A stretch of DNA of 64,000 nucleotides, taken from contig NC_068989.1 in assembly GCF_001194135.2 (NCBI RefSeq), positions 38,746,026 to 38,810,025 of the forward strand, given 5' to 3'. The position numbers and the translations under genes are program-made. The notes below the pieces were generated by a model. The model did not search any database. It was not told the origin of the DNA and saw only the letters and a list, made by a program, of their open reading frames with translations. Positions within the stretch are counted from its first letter, which is position 1. The number at the start of each line of letters is the position of its first letter. The stretch is from Octopus bimaculoides. Taxonomy: Eukaryota. Positions 1-13,963 of the stretch are shown here, piece after piece.

Positions 1-947
1 AATCATCTACATGCTCAAATCAAGTGGTCTTGGTTCATTTCGGACATTACTATGACTATCTTTGGTGTTATGGGCATGTTCATTGAACCCCACCAATGGA
101 TTGAGATCTGGGGAATTAGGAAGCCAAATGTTAGGAGTTATGTGATCATGACAATTTTCAGCCATCTATTCCTGTGTTACTAGAGCCATGTGTGATAGTG
201 CAGAGTCTTACTGAAACATATGGCCTTCCATTGCATACACTGTCTATCCAAGGCTTAACAATTATTTCCAGGACCTCAACGTAGGTGGCAGTTATCTCTA
301 AGGTCTTGTGGAAAGAAGTAAGGAGGCATCACATGTCCTTCATTGCTGACAACCTCTAAAAGCATGACAGTTGCAGGAAATTTTGTATGCATAACATTTG
401 GAACTTCAGAAGGGTCTGCACATAACTTCTGTCATTTCTTCTGTTATCTTTTTGTTCTTGGTCAAAGTTTTTCTCATTTGAGAAAAAACAAATAAAATCT
501 TCTTCCGTTAAATGTTTCCGTTTGTTTAAAAGTCTTTTAGATCTGATGTAATGATTTTCTTTTGCTTTTTCTGACAAATTGACCTTTCCTCTTCATATAA
601 GACTTATATCTGATGTCTTCATGGACAACATTTCTCACTGTTCCATCTGACACATGGAGATCTTTTGCAATTGACCTCATGAACTTTCTGGGATTGTAAT
701 CAATGGTCTGTTGAACTTGCTGGATGAATTCAGGTGTTCTGGTGATTTCAGAGCATTTAGAATGCTTTTTATGCTTTGATACTGGTGATACATTTCCATT
801 TTCAGTCTCTAGCTTCTTACAAACTCTGTAGATAAAAGATCTGGCAACTTTTAAAAATCAAGATATTTCTAAATCGCTATGCTCAGCCTTTATAACCAAA
901 ATAACAGCATGCCTCTTCATTTCTCGGGTAAGCTGAGGGTCTGCCAT
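1..947 (-). mobile_element. Decayed Tc1/mariner transposase, maT (DD37D, Bmmar1-like) type; runs off the window start
   Basis: Minus-strand translation from ATG at 947: MADPQLTREMKRHAVILVIKAEHSDLEIS...SIAKDLHVSDGTVRNVVHEDIRYKSY...FFSNEKNFDQ (first D changed to N)...GRPYV(FQ)*DSALSH...PNSPDLNPL, with the third-D segment deleted. Stops and frameshifts throughout. Confidence 0.85.
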
Positions 948-1520
948 TATTATTTTCTGAAACAAAGATTATACAAGAGTTAGCAAAAAATACAGCAACG
1001 ANNNNNNNNNNNNNNNNNNNNNNNNNNNNNNNNNNNNNNNNNNNNNNNNNNNNNNNNNNNNNNNNNNNNNNNNNNNNNNNNNNNNNNNNNNNNNNNNNNN
1101 NNNNNNNNNNNNNNNNNNNNNNNNNNNNNNNNNNNNNNNNNNNNNNNNNNNNNNNNNNNNNNNNNNNNNNNNNNNNNNNNNNNNNNNNNNNNNNNNNNNN
1201 NNNNNNNNNNNNNNNNNNNNNNNNNNNNNNNNNNNNNNNNNNNNNNNNNNNNNNNNNNNNNNNNNNNNNNNNNNNNNNNNNNNNNNNNNNNNNNNNNNNN
1301 NNNNNNNNNNNNNNNNNNNNNNNNNNNNNNNNNNNNNNNNNNNNNNNNNNNNNNNNNNNNNNNNNNNNNNNNNNNNNNNNNNNNNNNNNNNNNNNNNNNN
1401 NNNNNNNNNNNNNNNNNNNNNNNNNNNNNNNNNNNNNNNNNNNNNNNNNNNNNNNNNNNNNNNNNNNNNNNNNNNNNNNNNNNNNNNNNNNNNNNNNNNN
1501 NNNNNNNNNNNNNNNNNNNN

Positions 1521-1690
1521 GCACGTAAAAGCACTCACTACACTCTCGAAGTGGTTGGCGTTAGGAAGCTGTAGAAACTCTGCCAAATCAGATTGGAGCC
1601 TGGTGTAGCCACCTGGTTCACCAGTCCTCAGTCAAATTGTCCAACCCATGCTAGCATGGAAAGCGGACATTAAGTGATGATGATGATGAT
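1521..1690 (+). mobile_element. RTE LINE 3'-UTR/tail fragment (or SINE sharing it) ending in (GAT)n
   Basis: Nearly identical to 39,130-39,293 and to the reverse complement of 35,330-35,490, which is joined to RTE ORF sequence; ends catggaaagcggacattaag(tga)n. Confidence 0.8.
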
Positions 1691-2371
1691 GTACATATAT
1701 ATGTATGTATATATATAGAGAGAGAGATAGATAGATAGTTGTACATGACACACAATTGAGTACATGTGTTTCTGTATGTGTTTGCATATTCATGTATAAC
1801 CGTCAAAAGTAATTAGGTATTCTCTCTTTTCTGTATTGGAAACATTAAATTTGTTAATATGCACATGCATATACATACATCTGATTACATCTAAAAATTC
1901 ATGAGTACTTAAGACAGGAATGCAGAGAAAATTTATGCAGAGTAATGTGTGTGTACATCTATGTAGTGTATTGCATAGATATATGTATATATGTGTCTGT
2001 GCATCTGTATTTGTGTGTCTGATGAGTGCTATTAGGCTGATACTTGAAACTTACTGTCAACTTTTTCCTTGGAAAAGTGAAATGAATATTTTTTGGCATG
2101 AAAGATATTAAATGGTCCTTCAGTTTCGTGTTTGACTCTTTTTATACGTAGCTGTATATATAAAACAAGAATTAATACATGTATGTGTGTGTCTATTATT
2201 GAAGGATGTGAAAGTATGATAGAGGGACTGGAGATCAGGTGCTTTGCTGAAGAGGTGAATAGATATCTTCCCCTGTCAGAGAAAGAAAGGAAGAAAGAGA
2301 GAGAGAGGGAGTGAGAGATGACATGTACATATACCACTGTATCAGCCAGACTATTGGATGTTTTTATACAT

Positions 2372-2620
2372 CAGTGATCATAATGTGCTTTCTCATATCG
2401 TTGTAGCTTTTGAATGACACCACTCTGTTGGCTAGGTGGGCAGGCCAACATTCTCCACTAACAGAATGCTAGTTCATTGCAGGGTAACCCATTTACAACC
2501 AAGTGAGCTGGAACAACATAAAATGAAGTGCTTTGCTCAAGAACATAGGGCACTGACAGTCTGGGGGATTGAAACCACATACTTAAATTGTCGTAGCAAC
2601 ACCCTAGCCACTAGACCATG
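2372..2620 (-). mobile_element. tRNA-derived SINE
   Basis: Minus strand begins catggtctagtggctagggtgttg (A-box-like) and gtggtttcaatccc (B-box-like), then the ttgagcaaagcactt...ccagctcacttggttgtaaatggg core shared with copies at 13.3, 28.3 and 52.6 kb. Confidence 0.65.
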
Positions 2621-2623
2621 TAT

Positions 2624-2681
<58 letters not shown>

Positions 2682-2682
2682 G

Positions 2683-2721
<39 letters not shown>
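2624..2721. repeat. (CA)n microsatellite
   Basis: Directly visible; source of the HTHT/VCVC ORFs. Confidence 0.98.
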
Positions 2722-2723
<2 letters not shown>

Positions 2724-2789
2724 TTGTTTGTAATATTTTTATATCCATATTTGAGGCTTCCCTGGTTTGGATGAGTTTTCTCCAGTGCA

Positions 2790-3720
2790 GCATGTCACCA
2801 TTTATTCCAGGTCTTACATATTACCTCCATGAGATATTCCTTCAACCCTCTCTTTCTTTCTCAGCCTCTCATATTATATCTAACGACACTTTTTTGTTTA
2901 CCCAAGTGTCATGGCACTTTTCTTTTTTATTCAACTATCATTTTATACCCAACTGTATCAGAAGAAAGTGCTTTCTCCATTTGTTTTTTTATTATACCTA
3001 CATCTTCCACAATACCTTTAGCTTCTGTTGTTCATGCACACAGCATTGCATCCAATGGAACATTCTCACCTCATATCTGTCCAATTTTGCACATTCCCTA
3101 CTTTTAGTGTCCATGTTTCACTGCCATGCAACATTTCATTTTATACACGAGCATCTTAACAACTGTCCTTCACTTAGATATTCTTCTTGCATGAAAAAGT
3201 AGTTGTTCTATGAAATTTATCTCTCTCTGTCCCTATTCTTAATCTGACTGCTATACTTTTGGAATGCTCTCCTCCACTGATTATTTGGTCATCTTTGCAA
3301 CAGAAACTATCAATTATTCTTAGAAGCATTGTAAGCATTTGATAGAATTTACTTTGTGAGATTAGGTACCATTTACTACCCCTGTGCATTGGCTATTGAC
3401 AAATTTTTCTCTACCATCTTCCGTGTTCTCACTGCACTGCTTTTGGAACCATAGTTTACATTAAGTGTATAGAATTCCTTCCCATTCTATTTCTTTATAC
3501 TAACCATGACCGCTTTCCAGGGTTCTGGTTTTGTTTTCTGCCAACAAAAGATTTTGTCTTTGATAGGTTTACTTAGAGGCCTCTCATTTCTTAGCATGGT
3601 TTCCATATTTCAGTTTATACCATACAGGATTTCCCATGGACAGCTAGCTTTAAATTCTGTTGCTATGACGTGAAGATCTGTAATAAACCAGAAGAGGCTG
3701 TAAATGCCTGCTTGTATGCT
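2790..3720 (-). mobile_element. Decayed RTE LINE RT fragment
   Basis: Minus translation has SCPWEILY (cf. GCLWELLYADD at 20.06 kb), GL*VNLSKTK, a Cys-rich insert remnant and IIDSFCCKDDQIISGGEHSKSIAVRLRIG, colinear with the 19-21 kb RTE. Confidence 0.75.
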
Positions 3721-4649
3721 ATGTTTCTTTCTAAATCATGGGAAGATTATAACTGAATTTCAATTCTTGGATGGATTTGATATCACTAAAAAAAATACAG
3801 GTGTTTGTCAATTATTAATGTACAGTGTAAATATAAAATTATGAATAAATATGGATGTGCTCATGCATGTACAAATGCATATCCACTGCTAAATATAAGA
3901 TGGGCAAGATTAGCTAGAGAAATCAACCACTGTACAAGTCGTTTGTGGCACCGTAGATCATTTGCTGCACATACAATCTCTTATCCACACATACAATCTC
4001 TCTTCCACTTTGAAAGAGAAACCTTTTATTACCAGCAAAAAGAATAGCTCTTCAAACTTTGAATCCATTAAGACTATTATGTATATGTACATATATATGT
4101 TTGTGTGTGTTTGTGCTTGTTCCCCCAGTACTTGGTGACCAGCATCCATTTCTCTACATCTCCATAACTTAGCAGTTTGGCAAAAGAGACTAATAGAAGA
4201 AGTACAAGACTTCAGAAAATATACATACAAGGATCAATTTGCTTGATTAACCTTTCAGGGTGGGGGCCTCCCCCGGATAGCTACAGTCCAATAACTGAAA
4301 CAAATAGGATATATTTAATAATGGGAAAATGCACTAATACTGGATGACAGCACTTCATGATACAACCAGAATGTACATTATCCGACTTGGTTTCACCTTT
4401 TTCAAGACAGTCATGGCTTTGTAATTGATAATATAATAATTTCAATTCTAGATATTGTCGAAAATAATATGGGGAAGATCAATGAATATATATTAACAGT
4501 AACAAAGGAGGTAACAAATAAAATATTCAATTCTCTTTAATTAATAATAATGATAATATAAAATATATATTAATTACATGTTATATTAAAGATTAATTAT
4601 ACATAATTAAATGTGGTCAATACTTTGAAATGAATGTATTCTCCTTATT

Positions 4650-7150
4650 GATTAGCTGTAGTTCAAATGTTCCACTAGTACACCGGTATAAAGCAATAAT
4701 TTCAAAATTTGGTTCGTGGCTACCACCTTATTAAACCTATACTTGCTTGTAGTAAATCATTTTCAACCAGCTGTAGAAACAACTTACAAATTGGGAGTAT
4801 GTCAATAAGAACAAACGATTTTCAACATAAGGAATAATTGAAAAATAACATTGAAATTCATCTATCCAAGTGAGGGGGAATTCAAAAGTACATACAATAA
4901 TCTTAGATGACAAAATCATATAGTTTGCCACTTCAATAGAAACAGAAATACTGAGTATTGAAACCAAAGTAATTATGGCAGCTGTTTTACAGACCTTCTC
5001 CAGCAACCAAACAGGAAAAGCCAAAAGTAATAACAGCAATAAATTCATCAGAGGAAGCATAACAACACAACAACTTGATATATTAGCAAAGAAACTAAAA
5101 TTTAATGCAACTCCACCAGGTATCTAATTGCAATGAAATTAAAGATGAATTTTCAGAATTCTGTATGAAATTGTGACTCGCAAAAGAATTATTTGCTATA
5201 AATAACAAAGCAACTAACCTACCAAAGGTGATGATTTTTGTGACTACATTTGGAATTCTCCATATAATTGCAAGCATGAATAAGGAATTTAGTAAAACAC
5301 CAGCAATATTAGATGCATAAACTAAACTGAATTGAAAAAAAGATAATGAATTCATAATTAAAGAAGACAGTAAGTGATGCAGTTATATCGATGGTAATGG
5401 GATATTGTAAAAATTTCATTTTATTTCTGTTAGAAGTGAATCTATACTATGAAATGTTTAAAAGGCACTATAGTGAATAAAAAGTAATAAAAAATCCTGC
5501 AGTCTAGTTGCACTTAGACCAAAAGATATTGACTGATAAAAACTGCAATTATGTGAAAAATTGTAAGTCCTCCTCCTCATTATTTAGCATCTGTTTTCCA
5601 TGCTAGCATGGATTGGATGGTTTGACAGGGGCTGAGTAGGCAGAAGACTGCACCAGGCTTTGCTGTCTGTTTTGGCAGGGTTTTATAGTTGGATGTCCTT
5701 TTTAACACCAACCGCTTTACAGAGTGTATAATCTTTTCTCTGGCTTAAGAAATTTACAAAAGCAAGATAATAAATGAAAAATGCAAAAACTCAACAAGTA
5801 TAAATGTTTTATCATAAAACAATTTAAAAATAAGGACTGTTGTATCTGACCCAACATGTGAAACTCATCATCTGAGTAATTCTTTAGACATTATGAACCC
5901 ATTTCTTAAACACTTGAATATTTTTGCAAGAGAGTGCTAGTTGTATTGAATCATCTTGTATAAACTTACACTGAAAAGTCTCTTATTACATCTTGTGATG
6001 CAGTGTATTTTGGTGCAAAGCATCACTCATGATTTTGCAATAAAATTCTGCCTGGAGAATTATGCTGAAGAGTTGTCAGAATGTACAGGAAAAGAATTAA
6101 CTCTATTTTTTAGAAATAACTATATCAAATTTGATGTCAACTCTTATTGCCAAAAATCTGGAACTATGATGGGAATGATAGTAGCACCAATTTACACAAA
6201 TTAAGTTATGGCTTATTTGAAAATTACCATAACTGAAGAATTGTAAAGAAAATATGGAAAATCTTGTGATACATCCATAAAAAAAGAACTGGAACAAATT
6301 TCTAGAGAGCTGCTTTATTATTTAGAATGAAAGCCTTTAATTTAATTTCTCTAATAATACTTGGTGAATAAAAAATTATATTCAATTAAAGTTTCTTTTG
6401 ACTGCAAAACAATCAAAAGAAACTTTCATTTTTATATATCTTGGTAATGAAAGTGAACAACCAACTTAAGTTATATATATTACAAACTTATTGACTGGAA
6501 TTGCTCAATCACGACATATACATATTAACGAATTCCAGCTTTAAATATTTGATGCAATCATTGACAAACATAATTCATCATCCTTAAAAGAGGATGGGCT
6601 TCAATAAACCAAAATAATTCATATCCAGAGAAGAAAAACAAAACAACATGCTTCAATAGAAAATATTATTATATGTCTCTATTCACATTCCTTGAAACTT
6701 AAAAACCTATAATAGTATTCATCAAAATGGAAAAATGCTGAAAAAGAACTCCCCTAAGAATTTTGCTATCACATGCAATTATAAAAAGTAGAAGACAACC
6801 ACAGTCATTAAAGAAAACATTATCAGATGCCAAATTACATCACCAACAATTGAAGCAACAGTTTAAAAGTGTGGTTCATCTCACTGTGAAATAAATTTTA
6901 ACATGTCTGATGGATCAGTATTCCATTTTAAATCAAGAAAAGTTTTGAAATAAAGAACAATTTTATTCTGTGTCTGGGAACTTAATTTGTAATAACATGT
7001 TCAGAATATAGAGAGAATTATACAGAAAAATTGGAATGACTTAGAAAAAATGAATATTTCATAGCTAGCAAATTCGTTTTCCCAGCTACAGCCAAATATA
7101 TCTCAGTGAATATGTAGTTACATGTGCTGGTAATCATCAACCAAATTAAA
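4650..7150 (+). mobile_element. Decayed Penelope-like element (RT + GIY-YIG), interrupted by an RTE-tail fragment at about 5,510-5,730
   Basis: Colinear PLE motifs across broken frames: ILAKKLKFNATP..EFSEFCMKL*LAKELF (~5,080); NEFIIKE..DAVISM (~5,345); NYIKFDVNSYCQKSGTMMGMIVAPIYTN (~6,115); WNKFLESCFII (~6,290); KCGSSHC..SGNLI.ITCS Cys-rich/GIY-YIG-like region (~6,865-7,030). Confidence 0.75.
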
Positions 7151-8799
7151 ACATTTTCCCTTTATGTCAGTCTACTAATAAAACATCTAAACAATGGTCG
7201 TGTTATAAAGAATTTACATTCATTTAAAAATAATAGCCTATTTAAATATGCATATAAAATTTAATCTATATCTAATATTAATTAATAAGCTCAAATATTA
7301 AATTTATTACCTCTTCTATTACTGCTAACAAAATTCATTTATTACCACCCTGTCCCTGTCAGCATCTCATTATGAAATTATAATATCAATAATTACAAAG
7401 TCATGATCATCTTTTAAAAAGGGTAAGTTTTATCATAAAAATGTTAATGCATTTTCTTTTTATCTTATATAATTCAAGTCAGTTGGAATTTTCTGACTCT
7501 TTATCATGTACTTTTGTGGGTATTTATGTGTGCATATATGAGTATGCATATAAATGTGTGTATATATATATATATGTGTGTGTGTGTTCCATGTTCGAAA
7601 TCCTTACATTATATCTTATTCTGACTGATCACCCTCACTGATCACAGCTAAACAGAAAGGGACAGATGAAGTAAGCTTTGTTTTGAGTACCTCTTCTAGA
7701 TTGCTCCCTTGGTGTTTGGCACAGGTTATAAAGCTTCACACCACAGAAATATTTTGAAATCTCATTTCAACTCATGTCATTTCACATAGTCTCATCCAAC
7801 ATAAAAGTGGATTACCAAAGTTCTTCAAGGGAATTCCCCAAAATTGTGATCATCCAGTATTGTTAATCCACAAATAAAGAATGTTTATCTGCCAAATGCA
7901 GGTCTGAACACTCATTCTCACTATTTCATACTATCATANNNNNNNNNNNNNNNNNNNNNNNNNNNNNNNNNNNNNNNNNNNNNNNNNNNNNNNNNNNNNN
8001 NNNNNNNNNNNNNNNNNNNNNNNNNNNNNNNNNNNNNNTTTAATAAATTGATTTTAATTGAGTTTTTACCTGTAATTTTGGATTATATCCCTAATATTAT
8101 TATTATTATTATTATATATATATATAAATGGTCTGTAATATGTGGTATGCTTTAAAATAAGACACTTTACATTTTTACAAATGTGTGAATATTTTGTAAA
8201 TTTGATACTTAAAACAGTTCGCTTTAGACATAAATAAATGAATTACATTTTAGTATGTGTAAAAGTTTGTTTTGGTTGGAGAACAATGTGCTCTTGAAAT
8301 ATAAGTAGTATTTACCTCTATGTGGGATGTGTGTGTATAGTTGAGTGGAAATTGAGTGTATATGTGCTTGTATATAGTAGTATAGGTATTGAATACGTAG
8401 TGTATATATATTTTATGGGTGTTTAGAAATTGAATGTATGTGGTTATATATATGTATATTGTATAGTTGTGTAGAGATTTTGTGTATACACGTGTGAGTG
8501 TATATATATGTGTGTGTGTGTGTACATGTATTTTTTATCAAAACTGAAGCAAGGAATTTATCTCACTACTTGAGTTTTAGTCCACTGTGATCATCAGGTG
8601 AAATACCTGTAGATTGCAGTAGCCTGAAGCACAAGTCATGAGACACACTCTCAACTTCAGTTTTAATGAAAAAAATTATTCTCTTCTGTGTGTAGTGAGC
8701 ACATTTTTCAATCAGTTGACATCAATTAACAAACATACATATATATAAATCTCTGTCTGTCTCTGTCTGTCTCTCTTTCTCGATATATATATATCAGCA

Positions 8800-9050
8800 T
8801 AACATGGGCTGAGTGGTGTGCAAAGCGTTCCCTTTACAACCTCAAGATTCTGAGTTTGATCCTATTTCATGACATCTTATGTGAGTGTCATATTCTGTAC
8901 CCTTTAAGGTCAACTGATACCTTGTGACTGAAAGTGGAATCTGTATAGAAGTCCACCAAGTGGATTGTATTTGTGATTCAAGTCTACATCCTTGTCACAT
9001 GCTGTGTCACACTGATTCAACTGGAGAATTACATAAACATTACATGAAAC
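8800..9050 (+). mobile_element. Degenerate tRNA-derived SINE
   Basis: gctgagtggt...gagtttgatcc head followed by a body resembling the 38,340, 48,780 and 59,645 copies. Confidence 0.5.
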
Positions 9051-11055
9051 TGTGGTATACATTAGTTCAGAAACAGCTTTCATCAGCTAATTTCCTTTAC
9101 AAAGCATTGGCTGGCCTGAAGCTACAGTAGAAAACATTTACCTAAGATGCTGTACAGTGAGACAGAACACAAGACCACAAGTTAACAAAGTGAACAGCAT
9201 ATTCATGCACCAATGCCTGTTCGCACACATATGCACACATGTCATCTATATGTATATATACATGTGTGTGTGTTTGTATGAGTGTGCATTTGTATATGTG
9301 TGTATGTGTTTGTACGTATATAAGAATGTTTGTGCATATATATTTATATCCACGCAGTTACATACACTTGTGTGTGCGCATGTGCATATATTTTTTAGGT
9401 GATTACCACAGTCCCTCCAACACACTTCATTGTATGTGAGGAGAAAATAAATTGATTTCTGAAAATTCTATGTCCATTGACAATAAAAACTATCAAAGGA
9501 GATGAATTTGGCTCCTTTTGATGGTGTAATGAATCCGTTTAAATTACATCAGGGATATATTGTTTGCTCTACCCACTCTCCATTCTTTTCACCAACACAA
9601 AAGCGTTTTGGAATGTTTCCTCCACCCAAGTCAAAATACTATTCTCTGTTGTCAATTTAATCAAATTTGCTTTTTTCCCCCTTGCTATTCATTTTTATTT
9701 CAAAGCCCTCCCTCTCTTATTTATTTTCCAGTAAGCACTGTTGGTCTTTTATCTCTGTAAAATTAACCCCTCAGACAAAATAATCTCCTTTCTGAAACAA
9801 CTTTTTAAAATCTCTTTGCTTTGTGCTATTTTGTTTATTTTAGATAATGCCCGATATCAATACTGTTTTATCGAAGTATCATACTAATCCTTTATCTTGC
9901 TTCCACATCCACTCTTTTATCCCTTTTTTTTTTTCTTTTTTAAACAAATTCCGCCCCCTAAGATTATATGAAACTAATATTGTAGACTCCGATAAAGGCG
10001 GGTTTCATGATTTTGTTTCACCCTCTGCTTAATGTTCTGTCAATTTGTGCTTCAGTTTATTACAACTACCACTCTAAGTTTATGACAAACGTCACTTAAG
10101 TTTATGATAATCTTTACTTTACTTTATAGCAAATGCCTTTTAAATATATTTCAAATTCTACTCATATTTCACACTGCTTTATTTCCATTTTCTTCTATTC
10201 GACTTGCTTCCTTTTCCTAAATTTTATGTCCAGTATCTTGTATTTCACTTTTTCATAATTTGTTATATTCACCATGTTTTTACCTGCACAGATCCACTTT
10301 CAAATTTCAGAAATGCTATGAAAGGATGATTTCTATAGATATTATAAACTTTAATTCTTGTATCTGAATGATGTGCTACTTGAATGGCTAATGTACCATT
10401 TTACAGACATGATCAGTTATGCACATTAAAACTAATGCATATATATTGCACCATACCAACTCCTAACACCACTTTTCTACCACAGATATAATTATCAACT
10501 CTTTATTATTTCTTACATTTCAACATAATGGAATATTCTTCTAGCTGGTCTTCAGTCATATTTAACTCAATATATGCATTGTTTTTATTATTTTTTATCC
10601 TATTAATTGTTTCTCTCATTGCACTGAGACAATGCTGGGACACTGAGTTCAAGGGTTGCAGGAAATTGTATCAAACTCTGTACTTATTTCAATCTGGTAT
10701 TTATTTTATTAATCTTTATTTATTGAATGGTTATGTTACCCCATTTTTTACTGACATAAAAGGCTGCAGATCAATACCCTGGTTCACATATCCTGGCTAT
10801 GCAAACATGCAGTCACACATATGCACATATAATACAGGGTGCCCCCAAAACATCGTATATATCACAGGCTGACAAACATTTCAACAGCAAACACATGGGG
10901 TACACCAATCCAAACCCTGATTGTAATTAAAAAAATAATTGATAAAATATTAGCTACATGTAGACACCATTACCATTTGCCTGACTTCCCTAGCACCACA
11001 TCTACTGCTGTTTTAAATACAAGGGGTTTTCTCTTATACTCTGTATGTGTGCGTG

Positions 11056-11103
<48 letters not shown>

Positions 11104-11113
11104 NNNNNNNNNN

Positions 11114-11152
<39 letters not shown>

Positions 11153-12614
11153 GTATCATCATCATCATTTTATGTTTGCTTTCCATGTTAGCATAAGTTG
11201 GATGTTTGACAGGGTCCAAAGGATCAATTTTGACAAGATTTCAGTGTTTAATGCCCTTCTTAATGCTATTTACTTTATAGAGTGCATTTGTGCATTTTCC
11301 TGGCACCATCACTCATGAGTTTGGCTTGTAACCTACAAGACTAAAGAGGCCCTTGAGGATAGGAGACAAGGTGGTTGATTTAAGCAATGTATTAAAGTTT
11401 GATAGGGGAACAGTAAAATATTCACTTCGCGTGGTGAAGATTCATATTTGCCTTTCATTTTACATGCGTTGATAGTCGAAGCTGGTGCAGTGCTCAAACA
11501 GAGGTTAATATGGTGATGACAAAGTTCCAGAGTGTATCATAATGTTAACAAGTCTAAGAAGTGTATAGAAGAGAGTGCTGAGACAGAAGAATCAAAGAAA
11601 ATGGTAGGATAGGTTGTAAAAGTGTTGAAAGAGAGTGAAGTGAATATAAACATTTAGTGCAGGAGGCCAGATTCATATAAGTGATGAATGTTGTGAATGG
11701 TGAACAGGGGCAGGAAGTGAATATGAGTGGGGTCAGTATGAATATGGACTGGATCAGTTTCCTTCTGATCAAACAAAAGCAAAAGGTACTACACAGTAAG
11801 ATCAGTCCTCAAATTGTGTAGTTGTGTATGGAAATTCTAAACCACATAGCTAATATCTGCACTCAACATTTGTATTCAAATACTTTATCTAAGACTTGTT
11901 ATCTGATGATTTGTATTCAATGCCTTCAGGAGCCAATAATATCAATCACTGCCTTTTAAAACAAAATCAACTTCTTGTTTCTTCCCAATGCTACTGGCTG
12001 CCACTCTTTGTGTTTTTTACTTTAAGACAACTGTAGTATGCTATACTCATAGTTATTTCTTCATGATAAAATCTGAAACTTAGATAATCTTTGTGGCTAT
12101 TTGTTGTCTCTCTTTTCACATTTAAATCTATCTACTTTATGACCTACTACAAGAAACACACAGAGTCAGTAAAACATATACTACATATACTTCTATTGGG
12201 TATATTATTCTGTTTGCTGAAAAATACATATATATTTATTTGTATGCAATCAGCATATATAATGAAAACTTGTGCTAATGATAGTTCTGTTATGTGTTTG
12301 CAAATGTTAGTCAATTTTCATAAGTAACTGAGATGCTTGATAAAGTAATAAAACACTTTTAGTAAGATGATGATGATGGGAATATAACTAAATTAAGAAA
12401 TGGATCTTTTGTAAAATTATAAAGAAAGGTTTTAATTTCGATATAAATACTTTTAAAACTGGACGTTTTGTATCAAAGAATCTGTTTTTTTATGTTAGTG
12501 TAGACTGGACAGCGGCAATAATTTATGTCCATATGCTCTTCATTTGTCTGCCTTTACCAGTTTTTGTGATAAGGGATTTTTTTTATCAACTACTCATACA
12601 TATACATAAGCACA

Positions 12615-12672
<58 letters not shown>

Positions 12673-13289
12673 GATTTCTATCTTATCTGCTTGCATTAAC
12701 ACACCTACATACATACACACATACACACACGTGTACAATGGGCTTCCATTGCAGTTTTCCATCAATAATTCTACTCAAAAGGCATTGGTCAGTCTGTGGC
12801 AGTAGCAGAAGCTACATGCATGGTGCTGTGCAGTGGAACTGAACCTGACACTATAGGATTGCAGAACGATCTTTTCCTACTCCTAGTATCAAGAAGATTA
12901 ATCATTTGAATCAGTTTTATTACTTTCAGTCAGCTGAGTCTCTGATCTTCTTTTGATTCCTTACTAAAGTCTTTTACTTCCATTGCATTGATAATACCTG
13001 TAACAATATTCCTATTTCCCAATTGCTTTTCGCTTACAAACCTGTCATTCTCACAAAAGAAATGGCAAAAAAAAAAGAAGAGAAAAAAAACGAACAAAAA
13101 CCATCACTTAGCCAAAGTGAAGGACAAGTATTACATTCACTTCGTGGTTGAATGACTTATGTTAAAAGAAAGACCATTCTATGGTGAGACATCATATATA
13201 TAGTAATTTATATAAATTGCTTAAATTTGCAATAAAATCTAAGTGTGGTTCACAAGACAAACATGTATTAAGTTATAGATAGAAATGTG

Positions 13290-13450
13290 AAGACGTGTGA
13301 CATAGCAGTTGGGGAGTTCAGCTGATGACCATAAAATTATGGGTTCAGTCCCAAGCTCAAACAGCACATTGTGACTTTGAGCAAGACACTTTGTTTCACA
13401 TTGCTACGGTTTACTCAAGTGTAATGAATACCAGCCAGATGCTGGTGTAA
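13290..13450 (+). mobile_element. tRNA-derived SINE fragment
   Basis: gggttcagtccc B-box-like motif then ttgagcaagacactttgtttcacattgct...tactcaagtgtaatgaatacc core. Confidence 0.55.
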
Positions 13451-13923
13451 TCGTTCTCTCACTATCTAAAACAATCTGAGTGTTCATTGGATCAAGAGTA
13501 TTCATTGGATCAAGATGTCTACTTCTAACTAAAAAGACATCTAAAAAGAACAAGTGAAAGCAAGGTACATGCTACCAAGTCATACTCACTTTGCAAGTGA
13601 TGATTAGTTGCATATACGCTGAAATGGGAAATATCAAATGATAATGGAATGAAGCCAGAGTTTTGAATAAATTATGCTACTAGGTATTGAGTCCTTTCTT
13701 TTTACTTATATATACAATTATATATAAAGTTAAACGAATATATATAATCATTGTCATTATAGAGTTTGACAATTCTCATATTAGCTTAAACCTTCTGCAA
13801 TTGTATTTGCAATAGATTACTCTGTTCACGTGTTACAATTAATTTTTAAAATAATTAACAATTTGGAGGATTAAGATTTTCATTATTGAAGTGTTGTATG
13901 CAATGTAATTTATCAAAATGAAG

Positions 13924-13963
<40 letters not shown>

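Noticed and set aside
883-1586. Long ORFs across N-runs (also 18.4-18.9, 24.7-25.7, 31.1-31.8 and 34.1-34.4 kb)
   Set aside because: Artefacts of assembly gaps at 1,002-1,520, 18,502-18,621, 24,912-25,518, 31,368-31,695 and 34,213-34,328.
2013-2064. CTGATGA...GAAAC...GTC hammerhead-like string
   Set aside because: Helix I does not pair and helix II is broken; chance or a fully decayed relic.
2436-3202. HTHT/VCVC/IYIY-rich ORFs here and throughout the window
   Set aside because: Translations of (CA)n, (TG)n and (TA)n microsatellites, not proteins.
13315-13350. CTGATGA followed by a perfect ccata/tatgg stem
   Set aside because: No GAAA follows; it lies within a tRNA-SINE head.
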